A stretch of 64,000 nt of DNA. Source: a virus. Taxonomy: Duplodnaviria > Heunggongvirae > Uroviricota > Caudoviricetes. Position numbers and translations under genes: made by a program. Shown one piece after another: positions 52,335-61,886 of this stretch. Under the pieces are notes generated by a model that saw only the letters and a list, made by a program, of their open reading frames with translations, had not been told where the DNA came from and made no database searches. How positions within the stretch are numbered: position 1 is the first letter of the stretch; every line of letters begins with the position of its first letter. Location: IMG/VR virus record IMGVR_UViG_3300037312_000757. One strand, 5' to 3'.

Positions 52335-52774
52335 AGCATCAACCTCATAGCCACAGCATCAGTTGCTTCTTTCATCCAGATAAAGACGTCAGACATGATT
52401 TCATTATCTTGTTGTGTCCCAACGATCCAACGTTCCCATCCAGGCCCAGTGTCCAGACCGAACAACAAGTATTCACCATGATCAGCATTCATGTACGACT
52501 CAACCTTATTGATCATCATGTCAGAAAATGCTTTGGCTGATATGAACGAAGTCACTACGCTTTCAGCGTGCAAACCCTCGCGCCGATACGAATATGGCAT
52601 GCCTGGGAGAGCCATAGCCATTTCAAATTCTGTTGGGTAGTGCGAGAACAGATAAATACCATCGTGCCCATGGTGCTCCAACAAATAGTCAGAGGTCTTG
52701 TCCACCATGTCTGCGTACTCATCTGAGTATGTTTCGAAATTGTAATGAAGATGAAGCTTAGTATAGTCTTTCAT
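52331..52774 (-). CDS. FKL-family paralog 11
   Basis: GPGW, IWMKEATDAVAMRL. Confidence 0.8.
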   Translation of the reverse strand: MKDYTKLHLHYNFETYSDEYADMVDKTSDYLLEHHGHDGIYLFSHYPTEFEMAMALPGMPYSYRREGLHAESVVTSFISAKAFSDMMINKVESYMNADHGEYLLFGLDTGPGWERWIVGTQQDNEIMSDVFIWMKEATDAVAMRLML

Positions 52775-53103
52775 TGTAATAATTTGAACTCCACAGCGAG
52801 TAGATCATTATCAATTTCAACAACCAGACAACCCCGTTCTGCATATGGTAAATTACTATTTTTACGCTTGACGAAATACAGGCTTGCCATTTTCCACCCT
52901 TTACCTCTGATTACTCTACCGAAATAATACTCACAGCTATATTCCTGTGCAGTCTGAACAATGAAATCTCGATAAAGTTCAAATGTGGTATCAGTTGATG
53001 ATACACCATTGATACGATAGCCCACACGTTCCGCAAGCCATTCTACGGTTTTGTTGGCTACGCTCTTGTTGTCATAGTCGAACTGAATAACAATGCGATT
53101 CAT
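52771..53103 (-). CDS. FKL-family paralog 12
   Basis: GKGW, VEIDNDLLAVEFKL. Confidence 0.8.
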   Translation of the reverse strand: MNRIVIQFDYDNKSVANKTVEWLAERVGYRINGVSSTDTTFELYRDFIVQTAQEYSCEYYFGRVIRGKGWKMASLYFVKRKNSNLPYAERGCLVVEIDNDLLAVEFKLLQ

Positions 53104-53453
53104 GATGTCATCAACTTGAACGCAACCGCGTCAGTGTCGTCCTTGATCTCAACAATAAAACCCACATAGGACATCAAACCAGGTATCCAAGTATCAATCG
53201 TATAAGACTTATACGAATCACATTCTGCTATGCAAGCACGAGAGAAATTGGAGATGTCGAATTCTTCAAATGTGATCTGCTTAATTGCCTTCTCTTCTGG
53301 CGAATCTACCTTTCCGCTGACCCAAGGTGCATGCTGTACTGTGCGGTTAGTGACTTCACCACGTTCTATCTGCTTGAGAATCTCTGCCCACTCCCTCATT
53401 GCATTCTGGTCTTCATCCTCTTCCAGATACAAGCTGAATCGATTATTTGCCAT
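53100..53453 (-). CDS. FKL-family paralog 13
   Basis: VEIKDDTDAVAFKL. Confidence 0.8.
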   Translation of the reverse strand: MANNRFSLYLEEDEDQNAMREWAEILKQIERGEVTNRTVQHAPWVSGKVDSPEEKAIKQITFEEFDISNFSRACIAECDSYKSYTIDTWIPGLMSYVGFIVEIKDDTDAVAFKLMTS

Positions 53454-53829
53454 TCATATACTCCGAATACGTTAATTTGAATTGCAGAGCTAACATCTCA
53501 TCCTCAATGCCAATATCCAACACAAATGGCGACACTTCAAATACGGTAGGATACGCTCTGTTCTGCGTTGCGAAAAGTTCCCATCCATCACCAACCGTAT
53601 GAGTGATACAACCAATGGCAGAAAAAATCTGGCAGAAATTGAAATGCAAAACACATATCTCGGTAAACCGTTTATTGTCAACATCAAACGATTTTACTGA
53701 CGACCGTTCAAACGGATTAAACACTGACTCAGAACTCTTGATCGGTCCAATTTCATCAATAAGCCAATCAAACACCGACAAGAAATGCTTGTCATCAGTC
53801 CGGTGTCCAATTAATCGAAACTTGTTCAT
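53443..53829 (-). CDS. FKL-family paralog 14
   Basis: GDGW, IGIEDEMLALQFKL. Confidence 0.8.
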   Translation of the reverse strand: MNKFRLIGHRTDDKHFLSVFDWLIDEIGPIKSSESVFNPFERSSVKSFDVDNKRFTEICVLHFNFCQIFSAIGCITHTVGDGWELFATQNRAYPTVFEVSPFVLDIGIEDEMLALQFKLTYSEYMNGK

Positions 53830-54167
53830 ATCACCGCCAACTTGCACTGAACAGCTAATACATCATCTTCAATGCTGAGGAAATAACCAATTCCAAAACC
53901 AACACCAGACTGCTTAAAAATGTAATATTCAACAACAATCATCTCCCACCCAGGACCCTTTGAATGGCGAATCCAGTCAGGATCCATATCAGAAGGAATC
54001 CAGTCTGCATATCCAGTATTCAATCTATGCAAACACACTTGATAATCAGTATTGATCTTGGTGGCAGTGTAACTACTATCAGGCCAACCAATATTCGTCT
54101 CAAGCCATGCACTAATGGCTTGTATATCCTTACTCGTTACATTGGACGTCTTCGCTATCACTGCCAT
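53826..54167 (-). CDS. FKL-family paralog 15
   Basis: WLETN, GPGW, LSIEDDVLAVQCKL. Confidence 0.8.
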   Translation of the reverse strand: MAVIAKTSNVTSKDIQAISAWLETNIGWPDSSYTATKINTDYQVCLHRLNTGYADWIPSDMDPDWIRHSKGPGWEMIVVEYYIFKQSGVGFGIGYFLSIEDDVLAVQCKLAVI

Positions 54168-54258
54168 TATTTCAACGAATAATTCATGGATGTTATTAAG
54201 TTTATCTAATGATCTCTTCTTATCAATAGGTTGAAACTACCAAACCCAGGTAGAAGTC
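54165..54258. repeat. triplicated intergenic element, copy 3
   Basis: Matches 6394 and 50263. Confidence 0.85.
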
Positions 54259-54265
54259 ACCACTT

Positions 54266-54679
54266 TTACAATACGGTCAGTTTCAGTTGGATCAAATCCA
54301 GTTCATTGTACGTCATGAACAAGAAGTGATTTTCCAAGTAGCCATCCAGGTTGTAATGCCAAAACGCAAACACTGCCCATCCATCACCCACAGCTCTTGC
54401 AGATGCTTTCGTATGCCACAGACCACTCCACACTTCATCCGCCATCATCATGTAGTGGGCAACGACGTTATCGAATTTTGGATTATGCTCCCTCAGATAT
54501 CTCAATGCTGTTGGGTTCGATTGAATCTTCGTTGAACGCATTCTCTTTCTGGCATACTGCCCTATTTGCTTGCACTCAGAAACATTCTCCGACAACCATT
54601 CGACCGCCAGATCGAACAGAGCAAGTACCTCAGGTTCTCTAAGTTGCGCGTCAATTCTGTGAGTCATTTGGTACATCAA
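54266..54679 (-). CDS. FKL-family paralog 16
   Basis: WLSEN, GDGW, MTYNELDLIQLKL. Confidence 0.8.
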   Translation of the reverse strand: MMYQMTHRIDAQLREPEVLALFDLAVEWLSENVSECKQIGQYARKRMRSTKIQSNPTALRYLREHNPKFDNVVAHYMMMADEVWSGLWHTKASARAVGDGWAVFAFWHYNLDGYLENHFLFMTYNELDLIQLKLTVL

Positions 54680-55074
54680 AGCATCTCCAGCTTGAATAGC
54701 AAGCCAAGAGTTTCATCATGGAAGTCGAATGTGAAATGGCACACACCAAGGTGCGACCGGTCACTGTTAAACCGATACGTGGTTTCATACATCGTGCAGC
54801 CTTCAAACTGATATGTCCAGCAGCATTCAATATCCCAGGGCTCACATTCGATGCCTTGAATTGCAATTATTGGATCAGCGTATTCCTTCATTTCTGGCCA
54901 TTGTACCGCCAGCTTGTTTCGACCTTCATGCGGAACAACATCACCCCAACTATTGCCATCTGGAGGGTTGGGAATGAACCAGTCCCCAACAGAGTTGATA
55001 AACTCTAGCCCCTTGTGCCAAACGTTGTTCTGGCCGTATCCAAAACCGGTAATGACGTGATGTAGTCGATGCAT
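54676..55074 (-). CDS. FKL-family paralog 17
   Basis: FDFHDETLGLLFKL. Confidence 0.8.
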   Translation of the reverse strand: MHRLHHVITGFGYGQNNVWHKGLEFINSVGDWFIPNPPDGNSWGDVVPHEGRNKLAVQWPEMKEYADPIIAIQGIECEPWDIECCWTYQFEGCTMYETTYRFNSDRSHLGVCHFTFDFHDETLGLLFKLEML

Positions 55075-55076
55075 GA

Positions 55077-55463
55077 TTATCCGTACAGCAGTTTGAGTTC
55101 TGTTGCCTCTAAGAGATCATCGATCAACACCAAGTACGTGTATGAGATACAACGGATATCGTCGTAATGATCTCCCTCTGGATCATCTTTACTCACAACC
55201 GGTGGTGGGTCGATTGAACGAACGCAAATGATTTCCCATCCTTCGGCTACGGATCGCATAACCGTGCTCAAAAATTGTGTATCAAACCAAGGATCGAGAT
55301 TGACAATTCGTTCGCGTAGATCGTCAGGGAGGTCTTTCCAGTCGTACTTTTGTTGACTGAATGGGCGTCCGAGATTCGTTACCCATTCACACAATTCACG
55401 CGACTTATTATCATAACCACGATAGTCGTTGTTTTCGTCAAACCGATACTTGATGAGATGCAT
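55077..55463 (-). CDS. FKL-family paralog 18
   Basis: AEGW, VLIDDLLEATELKL. Confidence 0.8.
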   Translation of the reverse strand: MHLIKYRFDENNDYRGYDNKSRELCEWVTNLGRPFSQQKYDWKDLPDDLRERIVNLDPWFDTQFLSTVMRSVAEGWEIICVRSIDPPPVVSKDDPEGDHYDDIRCISYTYLVLIDDLLEATELKLLYG

Positions 55464-55996
55464 TAGAGTGGCAATGTTACGTTATGCTTTTTGGCCAGTG
55501 CGAGCAACGCTTCGGCGTTACCGATCGCATCGTTCACCGGGTTGTGGTCGTGCTTGGTTGTTCGCAGCTTCTTCCAGTTGTTTGCTGCCTTGTAATTGCC
55601 TTCAAGGCCAGCAGCAAAGTCACCGATACGACGTGACGAGAAGCCAAACGGATTTTCACCTGCGAACTTGTGCAGGTAATAGCACATGAACATCCAGTCG
55701 AAGCCATTGTTGTCCGACACGAACACGGCATGGCTATCACCTTTGTTCTGTTTGACAAAGTCGACCGCTTGTGGCATAACGATGTTTGGTGCCAGGAACG
55801 TGTGCGTCTCTTCACGGGTATGACCGCTGACTGCTAGAGCCTCAGGCAGCCAATAATCACTAACCGGAGCTACTTTACCATAGAAGGTAGGCGCCGCACT
55901 CAAGTCTTCTTGCACCTTCACGATACCAAACGAGATCATCGAATAGTCGCCTGGGTATGGACCGTCGGCTTCGACGTCAACAATAAACAATGCCAT
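55463..55996 (-). CDS. DEDDh 3'-5' exonuclease
   Basis: VDVEADG, DNNGFDW, HNPVNDA. Confidence 0.85.
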   Translation of the reverse strand: MALFIVDVEADGPYPGDYSMISFGIVKVQEDLSAAPTFYGKVAPVSDYWLPEALAVSGHTREETHTFLAPNIVMPQAVDFVKQNKGDSHAVFVSDNNGFDWMFMCYYLHKFAGENPFGFSSRRIGDFAAGLEGNYKAANNWKKLRTTKHDHNPVNDAIGNAEALLALAKKHNVTLPL

Positions 55997-56281
55997 AGTT
56001 AGCCTCACAATAATGTGCCAATTGTAGCAATGAATAGAAGTCAATATTGTGTTTAAAAACCAAGATTGGCAATCTGCCAATACAGCATCAGCCATGCTGA
56101 ACGATCGAATGATCCGTCATTACGTCTACGGTTAATTTGGCGGGGGCTGGTGGTGTTGGCTCGACTAACTATAGCACGGGTAGATGCTCGAGCAAATGAG
56201 CGCTTGGTGGCTCTTTGGTGACGTCTATGAGATGGGTTGATGAATATGAATCATCAACCCAGACTGTTAAGCGATAATAGC

Positions 56282-56599
56282 TTAATATGAACGGTAGTAA
56301 CCGGGATACACTGGTGCAGGCTGAACGATGACCGGTTGTGGTGCGACGTAAACGGGCGCTTGCTGGTAGATGACTGGAGGCGGTGGGGCGACATAGGTCG
56401 GTTGTGACATTGCACCAACTACCGCACCCGCAACCAGACCACCTACGATAGCAGGTCCAACCCAGTGACCTCCGCCGTAGTATCCGTGCCCGTAACCGTG
56501 ATGGTAGTAACAACCATAACAACCAGCGAATGAAGCGCTGCTGGATGCAAGGCCCACTGCCACGAGCAATGTTGCTAAAAGCTTCTTCATGTTTGTCAT
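56282..56599 (-). CDS. secreted glycine-zipper / proline-rich protein
   Basis: Signal peptide, GGLVAGAVVGA, YVAPPP repeats. Confidence 0.65.
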   Translation of the reverse strand: MTNMKKLLATLLVAVGLASSSASFAGCYGCYYHHGYGHGYYGGGHWVGPAIVGGLVAGAVVGAMSQPTYVAPPPPVIYQQAPVYVAPQPVIVQPAPVYPGYYRSY

Positions 56600-56685
56600 T
56601 CTCCTTGTTATAGATTGACGCTAAATGATAACACAAATGGCATGTTCATCTGTTACGGCTGCCATTCTTTTGTAACCAAAAACAA

Positions 56686-56710
56686 CGAAGGCCCCTTTAC
56701 GGGGCCTTCA
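56686..56710 (-). terminator. intrinsic terminator
   Basis: aaggcccc-ttta-cggggcctt. Confidence 0.6.
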
Positions 56711-56729
56711 AACTTTACATCAGATCAGC

Positions 56730-58229
56730 TTAGAACTGGTAGCCTGCGCCGATCACTGCACCGAAGTCACCACGGCTGTTGCCAGTCACTGCGCCCTTCA
56801 CAACCCAGGGGCCTTGCACCGTCGAAACACCGATCGCGTAACCCGTTGCACCGTGATACGTGCTTGCTGCTGCCGACATCATCGAACGGTGATTGCCAGT
56901 CGGTTGCGGAAGACCTGCCACTGCCAGTGCGCTGCTCACACCACCGTACATGTCTTGACGCACACTGTTGATGTCTGCTTCAGCTTGGTTGAAGCGTTGG
57001 TCCGTGTACTGGTTTGCCGCCCCCAACGTTGCTTGCGACGATTGATCCATGTACTTGGCCACCGCACGACCCATGCTGTTCAGCGAGCTGTCCGTGTAGT
57101 CGTTTGCCGACTTCAGCGTAGCCGCATCACCAGCATCAGCATGTGCGTTCGCACTTTGCAGCGTCTGTGCCGACGATTGATCCGTGTACGACTTTGCCGA
57201 GGTCAGCGTCTGTTGTGCCGTCTGCTGGACTTCCGTATGCGTTGCGCTGTTCGTCTGCAGAGTCTGGATGTTCTGCGCGTTCGTTGCAATGTTGGTCGTA
57301 TTGGTCGTCACTTGCTTCTGCACTGCACCGACTTGTTGATCGGTGTATTGATTTGCCGCCACACCGACACCGTCAGCATACGTATTCGCTTGAGACAGAC
57401 CACTAGCCACTTGCTTGTCAGTGTACGTTTGCGCAGCGTTTGCCGCATCGCTCACTTCCTGATGAGTTGCGCCGTTGACTTGCAGTGCATTGATGTCCGA
57501 CGTGTTCTTGCCTTGCTGCGTTTGCAGATCGGTGATCGCTTGCGTATTCGTGCCAACTGTCGTCTTCAGTCCTGAGATATCGGACGTATTGGTCGTAACT
57601 TGAGTCTGCACCTTGCCGACTTGTTGATCGGTGTAACCGTTTGCCGTCGTGACCGCGCCAGTGGCTGCATTCGTGACTTCAGCATGCGTTGCCGAGTTTG
57701 TCGTCAGACTGTCGATCGCTTTGCCTTGCGCCGTGCTTTGATCTTTCAGGCTCGAGATATCCGCCGTGTTCGTCGATTGCTGCGTCTGGAGCGCCGTGAT
57801 AGCTTGCGTGTTCTGGCTGACGTTGCCAGCATTCGTAGTCACTTGCGATTGAACACCTGCCAGATCGCTGGATGTCGCCAGACCTGTTACCGTTCCAGTC
57901 ACAGACTTGCCGTTCGAGAGAGTTGATGTCACGGTCGATCCAGAAATCGAAACGCCCGTCACCGACGCGCCATCAGCACCAGTTGCGCCCGTAGCACCTT
58001 TCAGCGATGGGTTATTTGTGATCGCCGTCGCAATTGCACTGTCCGTGTATGCGTTGGCAGCCGTCAACGTATTTGTTGCACTGGTACTCACCGCGTTGTC
58101 AACATAGCCTTGCGTGGCACTTTGGCAATCATGCGGGTTGCCGACGCACGCGTCGGCAAATGCCGGTGCAGTGATCGTTCCCATCACTGCGGCTGCAAGG
58201 AGCGAACGCACAAGAATACTTTTCTTCAT
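56730..58229 (-). CDS. YadA-like trimeric autotransporter adhesin
   Basis: Signal peptide, ANxYTD stalk repeats, YadA anchor ending GAGYQF. Confidence 0.88.
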   Translation of the reverse strand: MKKSILVRSLLAAAVMGTITAPAFADACVGNPHDCQSATQGYVDNAVSTSATNTLTAANAYTDSAIATAITNNPSLKGATGATGADGASVTGVSISGSTVTSTLSNGKSVTGTVTGLATSSDLAGVQSQVTTNAGNVSQNTQAITALQTQQSTNTADISSLKDQSTAQGKAIDSLTTNSATHAEVTNAATGAVTTANGYTDQQVGKVQTQVTTNTSDISGLKTTVGTNTQAITDLQTQQGKNTSDINALQVNGATHQEVSDAANAAQTYTDKQVASGLSQANTYADGVGVAANQYTDQQVGAVQKQVTTNTTNIATNAQNIQTLQTNSATHTEVQQTAQQTLTSAKSYTDQSSAQTLQSANAHADAGDAATLKSANDYTDSSLNSMGRAVAKYMDQSSQATLGAANQYTDQRFNQAEADINSVRQDMYGGVSSALAVAGLPQPTGNHRSMMSAAASTYHGATGYAIGVSTVQGPWVVKGAVTGNSRGDFGAVIGAGYQF

Positions 58230-58321
58230 CTAAACCCCCTTCTAAGTTGTTTAACTGTTTACTTGCCACATTCAAATGATACGTTCACCTAACAATGGCA
58301 GCAAGCGTTTTATTGAATGTT

Positions 58322-58735
58322 TTACCAACGCCCCCGCCGCCAACGTATTGCATCAATGGCTAGTTGCGTTGCCTTTTGTACATCAGGATGGTAGACAGGC
58401 AAATTCAGCTTCTGTGCTTGATACCTGGCCTCACGCTTGAAGTGCAGTTTGTCACGAGCCTTCACGTCCTTCTTGGGGACCTTCTGAGCTTTGGACAACT
58501 GCTTGCGATATTGATACCGATCACGTACTTCAGCCTCAGTCAAGCCAGTACGAGCCATGATGCGGCGCAGTTCTTTGCCTTCATTCTTGTTTGGCGCATG
58601 CGGCGCACCATCAGGAATGTTCTCATACGTGCGCTCACGAACTCTCACGTATTCCTGATCATCCTCGTCCCATTCACGAGTCACCGTAACGTAGCTACGT
58701 TTGGCGGCACGAACTTGATTCTTATTCATTTTCAC
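58322..58735 (-). CDS. basic hypothetical protein
   Basis: ORF. Confidence 0.65.
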   Translation of the reverse strand: MKMNKNQVRAAKRSYVTVTREWDEDDQEYVRVRERTYENIPDGAPHAPNKNEGKELRRIMARTGLTEAEVRDRYQYRKQLSKAQKVPKKDVKARDKLHFKREARYQAQKLNLPVYHPDVQKATQLAIDAIRWRRGRW

Positions 58736-58841
58736 TCGCGAATTGGTAATGAGTGCGATTATAGCAAAGAACTATTGCTAAATCGTTGTTAATTGGCACG
58801 AAGCCGCCTAATTGGCGGCTTCCGTTTGCTGCGGAACTTGC

Positions 58842-59213
58842 TCAGATGTACATGCTAGTTTCTGCGTTGCGGGCACGCGTTTCTTCGAGATCGAACTTGT
58901 GGTTGCGCCAGCAGAACGTGTAAACGTCCAGACGATGCTTCTTTTCGTTGCTCGAACCCTTGTAAGCGATGATTGTCACCGTCTTGTCGGTGATTGACTC
59001 GATCACACCGGTGTATGACAGGTTGAAGCTGTCATACTCGGCGATGTCGCCGATTTCGAACTTGCGTGCAATGGTGACTTGATTAGAGCGTTCGACGAAG
59101 ATCTGAATGCTCTTGTTCTTCTCGATGACAGCCAGGTATTCGCTTTCCTTCGGCTCGTAATGCTTGCGTGCTTTGGTCATCACGCGCTTCGCATTCTTGA
59201 TCGCTTCGAGCAT
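58842..59213 (-). CDS. hypothetical protein
   Basis: AGGAG RBS, palindromic promoter 59243-59275. Confidence 0.7.
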   Translation of the reverse strand: MLEAIKNAKRVMTKARKHYEPKESEYLAVIEKNKSIQIFVERSNQVTIARKFEIGDIAEYDSFNLSYTGVIESITDKTVTIIAYKGSSNEKKHRLDVYTFCWRNHKFDLEETRARNAETSMYI

Positions 59214-59332
59214 TTGTTTCTCCTGTTTGTTGTTCACCATGTACCAAATGATACATTCATTTGGTTATTAGTCAACACTTGAATGAATGATGGCTCCCAC
59301 AAAGTGGGAGCCATCATGTAATGCGTTGATGC

Positions 59333-59683
59333 TTACGCGAAGAGCAGCGGATCGATCAGTGCTTGGAAGATGGCGTTCCGCATGTGGCCAGTGCCGCCAG
59401 TGATGAATGCGCTCATGATCTTTTGCGAGTGATCTTTGAACAGCTTGGCGTAGATGTCGTTATGCGCGAACTTCAGCTGAATGCGTTCCTGATCGGCTTT
59501 TGTCTTCTGGCTGAGAATCACACGATCTTCTGCGGTGACGATCAAGTCTTGGATGCCCGCATCCAGACCCTTGCGCCCGCTGTCCATGAACTTGAAGAAA
59601 AGATGCTCGACGAAAAAGTCCGTCAACTCGTGAACATTGTTCTCGTTTACCGGCTTGTCGTTGATTGCAACAAAACGTGGCAT
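59333..59683 (-). CDS. hypothetical protein
   Basis: AGGAGG RBS, palindromic promoter 59711-59731. Confidence 0.7.
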   Translation of the reverse strand: MPRFVAINDKPVNENNVHELTDFFVEHLFFKFMDSGRKGLDAGIQDLIVTAEDRVILSQKTKADQERIQLKFAHNDIYAKLFKDHSQKIMSAFITGGTGHMRNAIFQALIDPLLFA

Positions 59684-59829
59684 ATCACCTCCTATGTTTA
59701 CCGAATCATTCCAAATGATATGCTCACTTGGCTACCGAATCAACTACAGATTCGGGTCAACATTCAGCACGTAGTGAAACATAGGGCCAAGCGAAGCAAG
59801 ACAAAACGCGATGAGTAGAATTTGATCCA

Positions 59830-60177
59830 TCATGCTTCCTTGCCGTTGTATTCAGAATAGACCCACGTCCATGTTCCACGCGACGGACCCTTGTCCTGGA
59901 ACGGTTTGCGCTGATACGGCTTGCCTTTAGCCTGTGCAGCAGCTTCGGCCGCATCTTGCCCAGCTTCGTGACGTGCGACATCCTTTTCACGGTTGTAATA
60001 CGAGTACTTGAACACCAAGTACATGCGGATATTACCGACCGCATACTGGGGATACCGCTCGTTTTCGTCTTCTGACAGTTGCGGCAGCGCCGTCGAATAA
60101 TCGTGGTTATGCGGTGACGGCGCGGCGAACAGTTCGTAGACACCAGTTGCACCGGGTCGGCTACTCTTGACCTTCAT
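59830..60177 (-). CDS. hypothetical protein
   Basis: AAGGA RBS. Confidence 0.65.
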   Translation of the reverse strand: MKVKSSRPGATGVYELFAAPSPHNHDYSTALPQLSEDENERYPQYAVGNIRMYLVFKYSYYNREKDVARHEAGQDAAEAAAQAKGKPYQRKPFQDKGPSRGTWTWVYSEYNGKEA

Positions 60178-60185
60178 GTTGTTCC

Positions 60186-60812
60186 TTATCGTTGACGAAA
60201 TGCCTTCAGCCAAAAGGTAGCGACAGCATCAGAAATCACTTCTTCAGGCATATTCTCGGCGGCTTCTAACAGCTTGCGCAGCCATGCCATTTGATTTCGG
60301 TCTTGCGTCGCATCAGGCAAACTGGTGTATTGTAGCATGCCAGTATGCTCACTGCGTGGTTCCATTGCCTGCTTGATGAGGTTGATGTACATCTGGCGTG
60401 CAGTCAACGGGCCTTCCTGCGTAACTTCAGGCTCGAACTGTTTGTAGTAGCGCACCTTGACACGTTTGCAGTTCTCGTCGGCCACATCTTGTATGTTGAA
60501 GAGGCTCAGTTCGTAGAATTGAACCTTGTGCGCGTACTGCTTGGGCAGCTGATACAGAACTTCGGCTATAGTCGGGTAGTCTTCATGATGCTTGAAGTAG
60601 ACCCATTCTTCACCTAGCTCAACCAGCTCTTCGTCGCGATAGAGATGAAATGACAGCTTGAAGAACTCGGCAAGGTTGCCAGAATACATCGAGATCTGGC
60701 CAAGGTCATAAGCATTGAAACCTCCGCCGCGTCGACGATCCACATACTTGATCCGCTCGACGAGCTCCTTCGCGTCAGATTTCGAAATCTTGTCCCACTT
60801 GCTGTACGCCAT
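60186..60812 (-). CDS. hypothetical protein
   Basis: GGAGG RBS. Confidence 0.7.
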   Translation of the reverse strand: MAYSKWDKISKSDAKELVERIKYVDRRRGGGFNAYDLGQISMYSGNLAEFFKLSFHLYRDEELVELGEEWVYFKHHEDYPTIAEVLYQLPKQYAHKVQFYELSLFNIQDVADENCKRVKVRYYKQFEPEVTQEGPLTARQMYINLIKQAMEPRSEHTGMLQYTSLPDATQDRNQMAWLRKLLEAAENMPEEVISDAVATFWLKAFRQR

Positions 60813-60813
60813 G

Positions 60814-61263
60814 TTATTCCTCCCCGAAACGGGCCTGAAGGCCCTTGAGATTGCGATCGACATAACCAGCTTCGTTGAGATCGTCCAAGATCATCATAAG
60901 ACGTTCACGTGCGATGGCTTCGTTGTAACCGTACACTTCCATGTGAGTGACCGTGTACACCAGATCGATGCGTTCTTTTACGTACGACTGTTGTGTCGTT
61001 GCATCGATCACAGTGGGACGACACGGGTATGCGTTGATATCACCAGTGAGGAAATTGTAATGCACATACTTGGTGAAGTGTTGAGCAAAACGCCCGACCA
61101 CAGGTTTCTCTACCACGATGCAGGTTTCATTAACACCCTGCGAACGATCATATGAGTTGACAGCATCCTTCAACTTTATCGCAGCAACCCTGTCATCGAA
61201 GGTTCCCAAGCTTTCCTCGTCATCTGTTGATGTACCGCACAGCACCTCCCAGACTTGGCTCAT
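60814..61263 (-). CDS. hypothetical protein
   Basis: GAGG RBS, palindromic promoter 61285-61311. Confidence 0.7.
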   Translation of the reverse strand: MSQVWEVLCGTSTDDEESLGTFDDRVAAIKLKDAVNSYDRSQGVNETCIVVEKPVVGRFAQHFTKYVHYNFLTGDINAYPCRPTVIDATTQQSYVKERIDLVYTVTHMEVYGYNEAIARERLMMILDDLNEAGYVDRNLKGLQARFGEE

Positions 61264-61308
61264 AATCCTCTACCCAATGAATGATAGCCAGATGGTACAC
61301 TCATCTGG

Positions 61309-61587
61309 CTACTTTGTAAAGGTCTCGGCAAACTTTAGTGCAAACGCTACCAGTAAGGTGTCATCATGAATTGTGATGACAACCGAACCGGACAATATTC
61401 GTTTTCGGTGGTGAAATGAGACACCAGGTAAACTTATATTGCGTTCGTCCAACACACAGTCCAGCTGATTTGCGTTCTCAGGGAAATGGTTTTTGAACCA
61501 GTCGACCACTTCAGTCAGTTTCGATTTCCATTGCTTATCAGTACTCTGGCAATGGATCATGTAATTACGTTGATCGACTTGTTTCAT
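61309..61587 (-). CDS. dispersed FKL-family-like protein
   Basis: WFKNH; VITIHDDTLLVAFALKF. Confidence 0.65.
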   Translation of the reverse strand: MKQVDQRNYMIHCQSTDKQWKSKLTEVVDWFKNHFPENANQLDCVLDERNISLPGVSFHHRKRILSGSVVITIHDDTLLVAFALKFAETFTK

Positions 61588-61886
61588 TTCTCAACGTTTG
61601 TGCAATAGCCATAAACCTGATTGAGCGATGTCCAACCGTTTGTCCCACCCCTATTATTACCGATCAGAACTCGCTTACCGTCCACCGCTTTGACAAGATG
61701 CAGATATTGATTACCCATCACCTTGCATAAAACGATGTCGCCCTTTTCGGGTTCGCGATCACCGCGTGGTTCAACCGTGACAAGCTCTCCATCATTGACA
61801 AGCCCAGTCATCGAATGACCGCGTGGGCGAAACTTGACAGTCTCGCCTTGAAGCAGCTTGTTGATATAAACGGTTGCCCAGCCCAT
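61584..61886 (-). CDS. S24/S26 peptidase-like protein
   Basis: RGHSMTGL..DG, YLHLVK, IGNN. Confidence 0.6.
   Translation of the reverse strand: MGWATVYINKLLQGETVKFRPRGHSMTGLVNDGELVTVEPRGDREPEKGDIVLCKVMGNQYLHLVKAVDGKRVLIGNNRGGTNGWTSLNQVYGYCTNVEK

Noticed and set aside
48417-55463. Diversity-generating retroelement as the source of FKL variation
   Set aside because: No reverse transcriptase and no near-identical TR/VR pair; divergence is spread over whole genes.
56730-58229. Repeats in the adhesin as a separate repeat element
   Set aside because: They are explained by coiled-coil stalk repeats (ANxYTD) of the protein.
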